40,575 nt of DNA from Spirochaetaceae bacterium (GTDB lineage: Bacteria; Spirochaetota; Spirochaetia; DSM-27196; PWMO01). Under the pieces are notes generated by a model. It worked only from the letters and a program-made list of their open reading frames with translations, did not search any database and had not been told where the DNA came from. Both the position numbers and the translations under genes were made by a program. Location: positions 1 through 40,575 of the forward strand of contig JBKHEN010000003.1 of the NCBI GenBank assembly GCA_046540795.1, given 5' to 3'. Every line of letters begins with the position of its first letter. Within the stretch, counting starts at the first letter, position 1. Below are positions 17,035 to 26,683 of this stretch, one piece after another.

Positions 17035-17063
17035 ACTATTACATCCCCGACGCTTGGTGTCAA
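17035..17063 (-). promoter_or_regulatory. Sigma70-type promoter of the gat operon
   Basis: TTGACA (17063-17058), 16-17 nt spacer, (T)AATAGT, about 10 nt before the gatC ATG. Confidence 0.5.
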
Positions 17064-17138
17064 GGTAGCGAATTTGACCGCGGGGCGCGGTCGGAGTATT
17101 TTCAAGTCGCCAAATTCCGCGCCGGAAACAAATAAGAT

Positions 17139-17166
17139 TTGACTACGTACTGACGGGTGATACAAT
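17139..17166 (+). promoter_or_regulatory. Sigma70-type promoter with extended -10
   Basis: TTGACT, 16 nt spacer, TACAAT preceded by TGn. Confidence 0.6.
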
Positions 17167-17180
17167 TGGACATCACGGAT

Positions 17181-18620
17181 ATGACACAAAATGCCCGCGT
17201 GGCAAAGAAAGAGTTCCCCACCATCCACTTCTACGATCAGGACTTCGTGGATCTGTACAATCAGAGCTGGGCATGGATTCAGGACGGCTGGCACAAGGGG
17301 ACACAGAAGAACGGCCTGCAGAGCCGCTACTTCAACTATCCCGATAATGAGACAATCAACCAGTTCGAGTCCATCATGTCCACCTTCTACCTGGTGTACT
17401 CCAACCGCGTGTTTCCCGCAAACCCGCAGCTCGACAACTTCTACGCCAAGCAGGAAAACTCCGGCGCCATTCGCAGTGACTACTCCGTTCGGGACGGCAA
17501 GGCGGTCCTCTCCCCGGATAACCCCGAAGGGGTAAATCCGCCGCTGTTCTCCTGGGCGGAGTACAACATGTATCACAAGGTGGGAAACAAAAAGCGCATT
17601 CGGGAGGTGCTGCCGATACTCGAGCGCTACTGGGAGTGGCTGGAATCGACGTTCAAGCACGAAAACGGCTTGTATGCGGTGCCCCTTGCAGCGACGCTCA
17701 TGCACAACAGCCCTCGGGAGGAGACGGTCTACCCGGTTGACTTCAACACGCAGCAGGCCGTCAACGCCCTCTACATGTCGGAGCTCGGTGATATCCTCAA
17801 CGACAAGGAAATCGGCTTCAAGTACAAGCGCCTGTACTTCTCCCTGAAGACACGGATCAACAACCTCATGTGGAATGAGGAGGACGGGGTCTACTACGAT
17901 CTCGACGCGGGGGAAGAGCAGGTGCGTCGCAAGACCATTGCCTCATTCTGGCCCCTGCTCGCGGAGCTCCCTAATGAGGCGCGGATGGAGCGACTCCTTG
18001 AGCACCTAAAGGACCCGAACACCTTCGGGCTGGAAAACCCCTTTCCCTCCCTCTCGGCGGATGACCCGGACTTCAGTGAACGGGGCGAGGGTTTTCGCGG
18101 CTCGGTATATCCTCCCTTCACGTTCATGGTCATCAAGGGCCTGGAGAAGTATGCCGCCTATGAGCTCGCCCGGGAGTGCGCCATTCGCCACCTGTACTAT
18201 GTCCTCGACACTCTTCACCCGGAAGGCAAACAGCGGGGGAACATCTGGGAGGCCTACGCGCCCACCCGCGACGGCCCCGCCCGATGGGAAGGAAGAGACG
18301 ACTTCCCGCGGCCGCTGTTCGTCACCTACACCGCGCTCTCTTCGATCGCCCTCATGATAGAAAACGTCATCGGGCTGTTGATCAGCCTCCCGCGTAAGAC
18401 GGTGGACTGGATCGTGCCTACCCTGGAGATCATGGGCGTGGAGAATCTGAGCCTCAAACGCAATATGATCACCATTCTCAGCAACAAGAGCGGCCGCGGC
18501 TGGGAGATCCGCCTGGAGTCGGAGAAGCTCTACTACTTCACCATCGATATTCTACGGGAAAAGAAGAAAACCCTGCCCATCCCCTCGGGCAAGTGCTCCA
18601 TGCTCATCGACAAGCTCTGA
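17181..18620 (+). CDS. MGH1/GH63/trehalase-like (alpha/alpha)6 glycoside hydrolase homologue
   Basis: NPPLFSWAE, MHNSPR, INNLMWNEEDGVYYD, TIASFWPL, FPSLSADDP, FRGSVYPP and IWEAY. The start is ATG 17181 or GTG 17199, because the promoter overlaps the GTG at 17157. Confidence 0.8.
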   Translation: MTQNARVAKKEFPTIHFYDQDFVDLYNQSWAWIQDGWHKGTQKNGLQSRYFNYPDNETINQFESIMSTFYLVYSNRVFPANPQLDNFYAKQENSGAIRSDYSVRDGKAVLSPDNPEGVNPPLFSWAEYNMYHKVGNKKRIREVLPILERYWEWLESTFKHENGLYAVPLAATLMHNSPREETVYPVDFNTQQAVNALYMSELGDILNDKEIGFKYKRLYFSLKTRINNLMWNEEDGVYYDLDAGEEQVRRKTIASFWPLLAELPNEARMERLLEHLKDPNTFGLENPFPSLSADDPDFSERGEGFRGSVYPPFTFMVIKGLEKYAAYELARECAIRHLYYVLDTLHPEGKQRGNIWEAYAPTRDGPARWEGRDDFPRPLFVTYTALSSIALMIENVIGLLISLPRKTVDWIVPTLEIMGVENLSLKRNMITILSNKSGRGWEIRLESEKLYYFTIDILREKKKTLPIPSGKCSMLIDKL

Positions 18621-18651
18621 GGGGCACCTACGCCGGCCTCGTCGAGACCGA

Positions 18652-19476
18652 TTAAGTCACCCGTGCCCGGGCGATCAGCCGGTCAAGCAGCCCGGGGGCA
18701 TAACGATGGAGAAACATCCCGATCCGAGTACGGCAGTCGGAGGGGATACGAACCTCCCGCCTGCCCCGCAGGATCCCGCGGAGAATCCGATCGGCGCACA
18801 CCTCCGGGGGCATGCCCCGCCGCTGCACCTCGTCGACCACGCCGTGGAGGCTGCCGTCGGCGTTGAGGGCGTGCTTGGAGATCTCGGTGCGCACGAATCC
18901 CGGGAGCGCGAGGGTCACGGCGAGCCCCGTCCCCTGTAGCTCCCGCCGCAGCACCACGAGGTGCGTCTCCAGGGCGATCTTCGAGGCCGCGTATGCCGAA
19001 CGCTGCGGCGTGGGAACCCGGGTGGCAAGGGTGGAGACGCCCACCACCCGGCCGCCGCCGACCTCGATCATCCGGGGAACCAGGTGCCGTAAGATCACCG
19101 CCGGGGAGAGATAGTTCAGGGTGTGTACCTTTCGCACCACCGCGGAGTCGGTCTCTACCGCCGTTCCCCGCTGGCTCACCGCCGCGTTGAGAACTACCAT
19201 GTCTATACGGCCAAAGGCCGACCAAGCCGCCGCGGTGACCGCCTCGAGCCCGTCGAGGTCGGCCAGGTCGGCGGTGACTACCGCGCTTCGCTCCGCACCG
19301 CCGCAGCGCTCCTGCGTGCGACGAAGCGCCTCCTCACGGCGCGCGGTAAGCACCGTCCGCGCGCCCCGGGCGGCACATCCGGCCGCAAGCTCCGCACCTA
19401 TTCCGGCGCTCGCTCCGGTGATCCACACCACTCGGCCATCGAGCTTGCCTTTCCGGAGATCACCATGTCCTTTCAT
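18652..19476 (-). CDS. Short-chain dehydrogenase/reductase (DHRS7-like)
   Basis: WITGASAGIG, LNAAV, YAASK, PGFVRT. Confidence 0.92.
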   Translation of the reverse strand: MKGHGDLRKGKLDGRVVWITGASAGIGAELAAGCAARGARTVLTARREEALRRTQERCGGAERSAVVTADLADLDGLEAVTAAAWSAFGRIDMVVLNAAVSQRGTAVETDSAVVRKVHTLNYLSPAVILRHLVPRMIEVGGGRVVGVSTLATRVPTPQRSAYAASKIALETHLVVLRRELQGTGLAVTLALPGFVRTEISKHALNADGSLHGVVDEVQRRGMPPEVCADRILRGILRGRREVRIPSDCRTRIGMFLHRYAPGLLDRLIARARVT

Positions 19477-19479
19477 TAT

Positions 19480-20778
19480 CTACCCCATGAACCACCCGGG
19501 AATGGTCATCGAGAGGAAGGGCATGAACGTTACCATGAGGAGCACCACGATCATAGCCGCGTACATGGGAAGCATGGCCTTGGTGGCCTTCTCAATGGTC
19601 GTGCCGCCCACGGCCGCGCCCACGAACAACGCCGTGCCTACCGGCGGGGTCGCCAAACCGATGCCGAGGTTCAGCATCATGACGATCCCGAACTGGATGG
19701 GGCTCATACCGATCTCATGCACCACTACCGGGAACAGGATGGGGGTAGTTATCACGATTAGCGGCGCCATGTCCATGATCATGCCCAAAAGAAGGAGCAT
19801 GAGATTTATCAGCAACAGAAGCACCACCGGGTTCTCGCTGAGCGTGAGAAGCCCCTCGGTCACCAGCGCCGGCACACGGAGGAGCGCCAGAAGCCAGCCG
19901 AAGGCGTTTGCCATGGCGATCAGGCTGAGAACCATGGCCAGAGTCCGGAGGGTGGAGTAGAGGATGTTCCACAGCCGAAGGAAGCTCATCTCCCGGTAGA
20001 TAAACGTGGAAACGAGAAACGCGTAGATACACGCGATCGCGGCCGACTCGGTAGCGGTGAAAATACCGCTGATGACGCCGCCGATAATGATGACCGGCGT
20101 GAGCAGGCCGAAGAAGGCATCCTTGGTGATTGTCTTCGCTTCCTGCCACGTGTAGCCCGCCTCGGCCGGATAGCCGCGTCGCACGGCGAGCCAGTAGGCC
20201 AGAACCATCAACACCAGCCCCAGCAGAATGCCGGGAACGATCCCGGCAAGGAACAGCGCCCCGACCGAGAGACCGCCTGCCGCAAGGGAATAGATAATGA
20301 CGTTGTGGCTGGGCGGGATGACGATGCCCTGGCACGCACTGGTGATGGTAATGGCGGTGCTGTAGTCGGCGTCGTATCCCTTCTTCTTCATTACCGGGAT
20401 CATGATCGAGCCGATGGAGGAGACGTCCGCCACCGCGGAGCCGGAAATGCCGCCGAAGAACATGCTCGCGAGCACGTTCACCAGCCCCAGGCCGCCCCGT
20501 ACTCGCCCGACAATAAGGTTGGAGAACTTGATGAGCCGTGTAGCGATACCTCCCTTGCTCATCAGCTCCCCGGCGAGAATAAAGAAGGGGATGGCGAGGA
20601 GGGAAAAGATCCGCACACCGGAGGCCATCCGCTGGACAATGCTCATGAGACTCACGTCCAGATAGAAGGCCGTAGCAACGGTGGACACCGCAAGGGCAAA
20701 GGTGATCGGCAGCTTGAGAACGATCAGAACCAGAAAGGAACCGATGAGCAGATAGGTCGCAACGGTATGATCAGCCAC
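19480..20778 (-). CDS. dctM: TRAP transporter large permease
   Basis: LLAIPFFILAGELM, FFGGISGSAVAD, IPPS, FTATES, TPPVG. Confidence 0.94.
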   Translation of the reverse strand: MADHTVATYLLIGSFLVLIVLKLPITFALAVSTVATAFYLDVSLMSIVQRMASGVRIFSLLAIPFFILAGELMSKGGIATRLIKFSNLIVGRVRGGLGLVNVLASMFFGGISGSAVADVSSIGSIMIPVMKKKGYDADYSTAITITSACQGIVIPPSHNVIIYSLAAGGLSVGALFLAGIVPGILLGLVLMVLAYWLAVRRGYPAEAGYTWQEAKTITKDAFFGLLTPVIIIGGVISGIFTATESAAIACIYAFLVSTFIYREMSFLRLWNILYSTLRTLAMVLSLIAMANAFGWLLALLRVPALVTEGLLTLSENPVVLLLLINLMLLLLGMIMDMAPLIVITTPILFPVVVHEIGMSPIQFGIVMMLNLGIGLATPPVGTALFVGAAVGGTTIEKATKAMLPMYAAMIVVLLMVTFMPFLSMTIPGWFMG

Positions 20779-21391
20779 GGTGATGCTCCTCTCCTTCGGC
20801 GCCGTTTTGTTCTTCGGCGCCGTGTTGAATCAGCTCCTGCTGCGTCGCCTGTACATCTTCCTCCGGAATTTCGAGCTCCTCGCCGATATAGGGAGCGAGC
20901 CACTCGTCCTTCCGCTTCACGCCGAAGAGGTTCAGCAGCGCCTCGATCACGATGAGCCCGCCCCCGACCGGAACGGCCAGATAGAGAAAACCCGATCGCA
21001 ACCCCATCGCCGGCAGCACCGAGCGCATCGTGGAGGACACCAGCTGCTCGCCGTAGATGACCATGATAATGCCCACGCCCATCGTCAGCAGGGCGTGCAG
21101 GCGCGCAAGCGCCCAATTGAGTGCCGTCGAGAGCTTTTCCGGCATGATGTTGAGGGAAATATGGAGACCCCTGCGCACGCCGAGAGCCATCGCTATGAAG
21201 GTGAACCACACTTGCAGCACCAACGCCAGCTCGTTGGCCCAGCGAATGCCCATTCCCATCACGTAGCGCATGAACACCATGATCCCGATCACCACGGTCA
21301 TGGCGACGATCATGAGCTTCGCGACGGTTATGAGCACCAGGAAAACCATGTTGAACGCGTTGCGTGCGTGGGCCGCTATCGTCCCGATCAT
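20771..21391 (-). CDS. dctQ: TRAP transporter small permease
   Basis: Four TM segments; RYV...WANEL...W.TFIAMALGVRRGLHI. Confidence 0.9.
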   Translation of the reverse strand: MIGTIAAHARNAFNMVFLVLITVAKLMIVAMTVVIGIMVFMRYVMGMGIRWANELALVLQVWFTFIAMALGVRRGLHISLNIMPEKLSTALNWALARLHALLTMGVGIIMVIYGEQLVSSTMRSVLPAMGLRSGFLYLAVPVGGGLIVIEALLNLFGVKRKDEWLAPYIGEELEIPEEDVQATQQELIQHGAEEQNGAEGEEHHRG

Positions 21392-21434
21392 CCGCTTCTT
21401 ACCACCTCTTTCGCTATCTCGTATACATCACACA

Positions 21435-21469
21435 CGCACGCGACCGGGCATTGCGCCCGCCCGCGTGCG
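21435..21469 (-). terminator. Stem-loop between dctP and dctQ (likely mRNA-stabilising)
   Basis: CGCACGCG...CGGGC-GCAAT-GCCCG...CGCGTGCG inverted repeat. Confidence 0.5.
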
Positions 21470-21531
21470 CCGAACGCCTCCTAGCGTCCGGGTAGAAGCC
21501 GCTTGTCGAAATCGGCTACCGGTAAACCGGC

Positions 21532-22554
21532 TCAGTCGCGCACCGCCCGGATGCGCTCGATCATGTCCCGCACCTCTTCAGGCTGCTCATCATAGAGCGG
21601 TTGCATCCGCTCCTGCATCTCCGAGAGCACTTCCGAGCTCGGCTCGGTCACTTCCACACCGGCGTCGAGGACGGCCTCTTTAGATTCCTCCACGAAGGCG
21701 GCCCACTCCTCACGCTGATAGTCGATGGAGTCCCACGCCGCCTGCTTGATGATCTCCTGATCCTCCTCCGAGAGCTCGTCAAAGATCTCCTTGTTCATGA
21801 TGGTAATCTCCGGGACCATCGTATGCCGGTTCTCGATGTAATACGGCGCAACCTCGTAGTGGCTCGTTGAGTAATAGCTCGGCCAGTTGTTCTCCGCCCC
21901 GTCGATGACGCCGGTCTGCAGACCGCTGTAAACCTCGCCGAAGGGCATCGGAGTCGGGACGGCGTCGAGGAGCTCTACCATGTCCATCATGAGCGGCGCT
22001 TCCTGCACGCGAATGTTCATGCCTTCGAGGTCCTCCACCGTCTCTACCTTTTCGGTGGTATAGAAGCTCCGGGCACCGGCCTCGTACCAGGTGAGACCTA
22101 CGAAGTTCGAGTCCTCGAGCTTGTCGAACATCTCCTCACCGATCTCACCGAGTAGCACCTCCCACATGTGGTCGGGATCCTCGTAGAGAAACGGCATCTG
22201 AAATGCGTCGAGCTCCGGGACGAACGACGAGACCGGTGAGATAGACACCCGGGTCATGTCGATGCCACCGAACTGTACCTGCTCGATGACGTCACTCTCC
22301 TCGCCGAGCTGCGAGTCCGGGTAGACCTCGATCTGGATCCGACCGTCGGTGCGCTCCTCCACCAGCTGCGCAAATCGGTAATTGCCCTGGGTGGTGGGAT
22401 AGTCCTCGGCATGCGTCTCGGCAAGCCGGAAGACGTAGCTCTCCTCCTCTTCCTCGGCTGCTTCTCCTTCTTCGGCTTCGCCCTGTCCACCGGCAAACGC
22501 AACGAGCGCGCCCGCAAGCAGCAGGACGGCCATCAGCAGGAATAGCTTTTTCAT
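21532..22554 (-). CDS. dctP: TRAP transporter solute-binding protein
   Basis: SD AAGGAGG; signal peptide ending AFA-GG; YPDSQLG, GARSFY, IRVQ, GEVYSGLQTGVIDGAENN. Confidence 0.94.
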   Translation of the reverse strand: MKKLFLLMAVLLLAGALVAFAGGQGEAEEGEAAEEEEESYVFRLAETHAEDYPTTQGNYRFAQLVEERTDGRIQIEVYPDSQLGEESDVIEQVQFGGIDMTRVSISPVSSFVPELDAFQMPFLYEDPDHMWEVLLGEIGEEMFDKLEDSNFVGLTWYEAGARSFYTTEKVETVEDLEGMNIRVQEAPLMMDMVELLDAVPTPMPFGEVYSGLQTGVIDGAENNWPSYYSTSHYEVAPYYIENRHTMVPEITIMNKEIFDELSEEDQEIIKQAAWDSIDYQREEWAAFVEESKEAVLDAGVEVTEPSSEVLSEMQERMQPLYDEQPEEVRDMIERIRAVRD

Positions 22555-22625
22555 CTCGACCCTCCTTTAAACGGGTAGTTTTGATGTGTACGGCTCTATG
22601 ATACCCGGGGTCGCGACTCTACACG

Positions 22626-24368
22626 CTATAGAATCTTGCGATCTGTAGGACGATTTTCACCTGTTTGCTTCGAAGGCACCGCCGAGTCCGGCCCGGATGT
22701 CGGATTTTGTCCGAGTAGCACAATCTCGTTTCGGTACTCACTCGGGGTGAGCCGTGCCTGTTGTTTGAACACTCGACTGAAGTAGTTGGCGTCGCCGTAA
22801 CCGACCGCGGCACTGATCTCCTTTACGCTGAGGTTCGTGTCCCGCAATAGCTCCTTCGCCCGGTGCACCCGTACGGCGTGCACGTAATCGACAAAGCTCA
22901 GCCCGACATGCCTCTTGAACGCGCGACTGAGATACTGCGGCGAAAGCCGAACCCACCCCGCGGCCTCCTCGAGAGAGATGTCCCGCTCCGGATTGCGTTC
23001 GATGAATCTACGAACCTGCTCGATGCGACCGTCCGCCGCCTCGGCGCCTGCCCCCCGGGACTGCCGGCAAAGGAGCTCCGCCGCCTCAGTGATGATCCTT
23101 CCCAAGTGCGCAAAGGAGCCCGCCGTCTCGAAACGGTCGATGACCGTCACCCCGTCGGAGGCGACGTGCGTCGGTTCGATCCCGAGTCGCCGCGACACGA
23201 CGGTAAACAGCTCGACCAGCCTGCGGCGAATGACCGCAAGGCGGACCTCGTCCACGGCAAGCCGGTCGAGGGCCTGCTGCGCGAGGCGCCGGGCACGGTC
23301 GCGGTCTCCCGCGCGAACAGCCTCGAAAAAGCTGCTCTCCAGATCGTAGGGGTATGCGTCCCTGCCTGCCTCCTCCGGGCCGGAGACCCGGAGCTCGCCG
23401 CGCGCCCGGGCGTCCCGACCGTCGATGACCGCGACGCGGTGACCCACAGCGGCCGCCTCCGCACGGGCCACGCAGGCGTGACGAAACCCACGATGCGAAA
23501 GCTCCGGCTTACGAAGGGTCGGATCGACTCCGAGATGAACCGGTATGGAGAACTCCCGGTACACCGCCTCCGCCGCCTCGCGAGCGGTTTTCAGAATATG
23601 TGAGCGAACCTCCTCGTCTTCGGAAGCGGGAGGTGCGAGCAGGAGGAAATGTACCACGCCGCTCTCGCGGGCCTCGAGAACCCGGTAACCGGCCCGGATG
23701 AACCGGTGGGAAAGCCCCGCAGCGCAACGCCGGGTGAGCGCGTCTCGGTGAGAGACCGTCTCCACCCGGGCGGGATAACCGTCGGTGGAGATCTCCGCCG
23801 AAATTGTGCACGCACGGCGTTCCTCCGCGGTCCCTGCACCCAATCCGAGGATTTCGAAGTACCGCGCCACTTCCTCCGGGGCGAGCGCCTCGCCGACGAG
23901 CCCGCTTACCAGCTCGCGCTCGAGCACCTCCGAGGCCTCCCGGAGCCGTTTCTCGGCTTGCGCGTGTTGTTCCCGCGAGCGGCCCTCTTCATCGAGCTCG
24001 GCGATGATCTCAGAGAGTACCTCCGTGACCCGCTCGTCGGCGGCGGGCTTGACGATGAAGTCCGCCGCCCCTAGGCGCACCGCTTCCTGGGCATACTCGA
24101 AGTAGTCGTAGGCGGTGAGGAACACGATACGGGTAGCCGGATTGACCGAGAGTATGCGCCGCGTAGCCTCAAGTCCGCTCAGCCCCGGCATCTTCACGTC
24201 CATGAGCACGATCTCGGGGGCGACCCTCGAGACCACCTCTTCCGCCTCCCGGCCGTTTGCGGCATCGTATACGCGGCCGATTCGCGTGCAGGTGCGTTCT
24301 ATGATATAGCGCAGCGCTTCCCGCTCGAGGGGCTCATCGTCGGCAATGAGCAGATCATAGCTCGTCAT
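22626..24368 (-). CDS. YesN-like response regulator (REC + AraC HTH)
   Basis: IADDE, LMDVKMP, FLTAY, FIVKP; C-terminal AraC HTH (YLSRAFK...VGYGDANYFSRVFK...TPSEYR). Confidence 0.93.
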   Translation of the reverse strand: MTSYDLLIADDEPLEREALRYIIERTCTRIGRVYDAANGREAEEVVSRVAPEIVLMDVKMPGLSGLEATRRILSVNPATRIVFLTAYDYFEYAQEAVRLGAADFIVKPAADERVTEVLSEIIAELDEEGRSREQHAQAEKRLREASEVLERELVSGLVGEALAPEEVARYFEILGLGAGTAEERRACTISAEISTDGYPARVETVSHRDALTRRCAAGLSHRFIRAGYRVLEARESGVVHFLLLAPPASEDEEVRSHILKTAREAAEAVYREFSIPVHLGVDPTLRKPELSHRGFRHACVARAEAAAVGHRVAVIDGRDARARGELRVSGPEEAGRDAYPYDLESSFFEAVRAGDRDRARRLAQQALDRLAVDEVRLAVIRRRLVELFTVVSRRLGIEPTHVASDGVTVIDRFETAGSFAHLGRIITEAAELLCRQSRGAGAEAADGRIEQVRRFIERNPERDISLEEAAGWVRLSPQYLSRAFKRHVGLSFVDYVHAVRVHRAKELLRDTNLSVKEISAAVGYGDANYFSRVFKQQARLTPSEYRNEIVLLGQNPTSGPDSAVPSKQTGENRPTDRKIL

Positions 24369-24396
24369 GGGAATCTCTCCATGAAGACGCTCCGGC

Positions 24397-25929
24397 CTAT
24401 GGGCTCCGTACGCCGCCGGTACCGCCCGCCTCGTCGGTGCGCACCGGAATATCGGGTTCCACGTTCGGAATCTCCATGATTACCGCCGTGCCGCCGTCGG
24501 GCGGTCGTTCAATGAAGAACCCCGCCTTGCCGTGGTAGAGAAGCTCGAGCCGGCCCATGACGTTGGAAATCCCGATTCCCGGGGAAACGGGATTTCCCTT
24601 GAGAATACGGGAGATCTCCTCCCGGGGCATACCTGTGCCGGTATCCTCCACCCGAATCCGCACACCCTCCCGTGCCTCGGCGATGTGCACCCGTACCTCT
24701 CCCCCCTCCTCCAGCGGTTCGATGCCGTACTGCACGGCGTTTTCCACCAGCGGCTGGATACTGAAGCAGGGGACCTGCACCTTCTCGACGTCGACATCGC
24801 AGCGAAGGCTGAACCGCAACCGATCACGGAAACGATACTCCTGGATGTATACATACTCCCGCACCACCCGCAGCTCATGCTCGAGCGCGACAAGGGCATC
24901 CGGAGTACTCAAATGATACCGCAGGAGACCGGCAAGCGACCGGATAAGGGCGGTCGTGTCGGGGGCGCCTTCGAACATCCCGACCCGCGAAATGGTGTTG
25001 AGGGAATTGAACAGAAAATGGGGGTTTATCTGTGCCTGCAACCCCTGAAGACGCGCCGCCTCGAGGAGATGCTGGGTATGGAGTGTCTTTAACTCTTGCT
25101 CGTGCAACTGCCGTTCCACCGCCGCCTTGTCCTTGAGGTCCGCCACCATCGTGCGAATGTTCCGTTGCATCAGATTGAACGATTGGCACAGCGTCGCAAT
25201 TTCGGAGACCGCAAAGCGGCGGCCCGCGGTTTCGACCGCTTCTCCGTCGAGCTTCCCGTGAGCCATGTCATGGGCCGCTCCGGCGAGTCGCCGGATGGGC
25301 ACCGTTATCCGGCGCGCAAACACCGCGGCAAACAGGCTCATCAGAATACCGACGACCAGAAGGCCGATCTGCGCGGACAGTGCAAGGATCCGTGCATGAC
25401 CGCGCAGCTGTTGATGAGTCTCGAGCTCCTCATCGAGGCGCAGTCGCATCAGTCGTTGGATATAGGTATAAACATAATCCGAGATACGCTCCGCCCGCAC
25501 GAAGGCGGTGTAGTCGGTCTCCCAGCCGCTTCGTCGACCTATCGCCCGCTCCGCCGCATCGAAATAGGCGGCAAGCCCGTGCCGAATCGCGCGGATTTCG
25601 AAGCCCGTTTCCACGGTCGTATAGTTCCGCTCCGCCACCTCTCGGCGCAGGATGTTGATATGGGCTCGGGAAGCGTTATAGCCGCGCAACGGCTCCGACT
25701 CCTGCCTCCGCAGATACTGAGAGAGCGCGGACCGGTTGGTGTCGAGGGCGGTGTGCAATCTCTGAATGCTGTAGTATCCGAGGAGATTGCGGTCGAAGAT
25801 CGAAAAGTAGCGCTGCGTGTGGTAGAGCGTGATCATGTTGAGCACGATCGCGGTCAGGATGATGCCCACGAATAGCAGCAGCTGGGTGGTACGAAGAGAG
25901 AGTTGCTTCTGAGAGCTCCACCGTCTCAT
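24397..25929 (-). CDS. YesM/LytS-like sensor histidine kinase
   Basis: Two TMs, HAMP, LQAQINPHFLFNSLN, QPLVENA, EDTGTGM, GIGISNV. Confidence 0.93.
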   Translation of the reverse strand: MRRWSSQKQLSLRTTQLLLFVGIILTAIVLNMITLYHTQRYFSIFDRNLLGYYSIQRLHTALDTNRSALSQYLRRQESEPLRGYNASRAHINILRREVAERNYTTVETGFEIRAIRHGLAAYFDAAERAIGRRSGWETDYTAFVRAERISDYVYTYIQRLMRLRLDEELETHQQLRGHARILALSAQIGLLVVGILMSLFAAVFARRITVPIRRLAGAAHDMAHGKLDGEAVETAGRRFAVSEIATLCQSFNLMQRNIRTMVADLKDKAAVERQLHEQELKTLHTQHLLEAARLQGLQAQINPHFLFNSLNTISRVGMFEGAPDTTALIRSLAGLLRYHLSTPDALVALEHELRVVREYVYIQEYRFRDRLRFSLRCDVDVEKVQVPCFSIQPLVENAVQYGIEPLEEGGEVRVHIAEAREGVRIRVEDTGTGMPREEISRILKGNPVSPGIGISNVMGRLELLYHGKAGFFIERPPDGGTAVIMEIPNVEPDIPVRTDEAGGTGGVRSP

Positions 25930-26065
25930 TCAGGTTTTCAACCGTTCGGAGAGCCCGAGATTGACTCGGCTCCCCGATCCGGATTGGCGTATAATAGAAT
26001 GAGCCGTCGTCCCTGCGCAAGCGGCGGCAGGCGACGACGGCTCCGGGACAGAGAGAATCTCCGGT

Positions 26066-26683
26066 TCAGCCGGAGAGCTTTGCCGTAACTTCGGCTACGT
26101 AGCGACCCTGTGTCCGCGCGCCTTCGAGCTCATTCTCGCTCGGCATGCGGCTACCGTCGCCCCCGACAATGGTGGACGCCCCGTAGGGAGAGCTGCCGGT
26201 AATCTCTTCTACAGTCATTTGACCCGGGAAACGACCGTAGGGCAGTCCGACGATCACCATGCCGTGATGCAGGAGGGTCACGTGCGTAGTGAGGATGGTA
26301 CTTTCTTGGCCGCCGTGCTGTGTCGCCGATGAGGTGAACACGCTGCCGGCCTTACCGATGAGCGCACCGCTCTCCCACAACGGACCCGTTGAATCGAGGA
26401 ACTCCCTCATTTGGCCGATCATGTTTCCGAATCGGGTCGGCGTGCCGAATATGATGCCGTCCGCCGCTTCGAGATCGGCGTGGGTCACCTCGGCATACTG
26501 CTCGGCCATCTGCTTCTGCGCGTCGGCGGCGCCCATTGCCTCGAGAATATCCGTGGAGAGCGTCTCGGGGACCCGTTTTATCTCCACGTCGGCACCGGAT
26601 ACCTGCCTTGCGCCCTCGGCAACAGCCTCCGCCATAGAGCGAATGTGGCCGTACATGGAGTAGAAAACCACAAGAACCTTCAT
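26066..26683 (-). CDS. wrbA: NAD(P)H:quinone oxidoreductase WrbA
   Basis: [35 protein letters not shown]. Confidence 0.96.
   Translation of the reverse strand: MKVLVVFYSMYGHIRSMAEAVAEGARQVSGADVEIKRVPETLSTDILEAMGAADAQKQMAEQYAEVTHADLEAADGIIFGTPTRFGNMIGQMREFLDSTGPLWESGALIGKAGSVFTSSATQHGGQESTILTTHVTLLHHGMVIVGLPYGRFPGQMTVEEITGSSPYGASTIVGGDGSRMPSENELEGARTQGRYVAEVTAKLSG

Noticed and set aside
24426-24470. parS-like half site GTTCCACGTTCGGAA in the kinase gene
   Set aside because: The second half does not match the palindrome, and the site is within coding sequence.
25961-25995. TTGACT...TATAAT plus-strand promoter antisense to wrbA
   Set aside because: The 23-nt spacing is too long; the same AT patch is explained by a minus-strand TTGCGC-N18-TATTAT promoter for the kinase.
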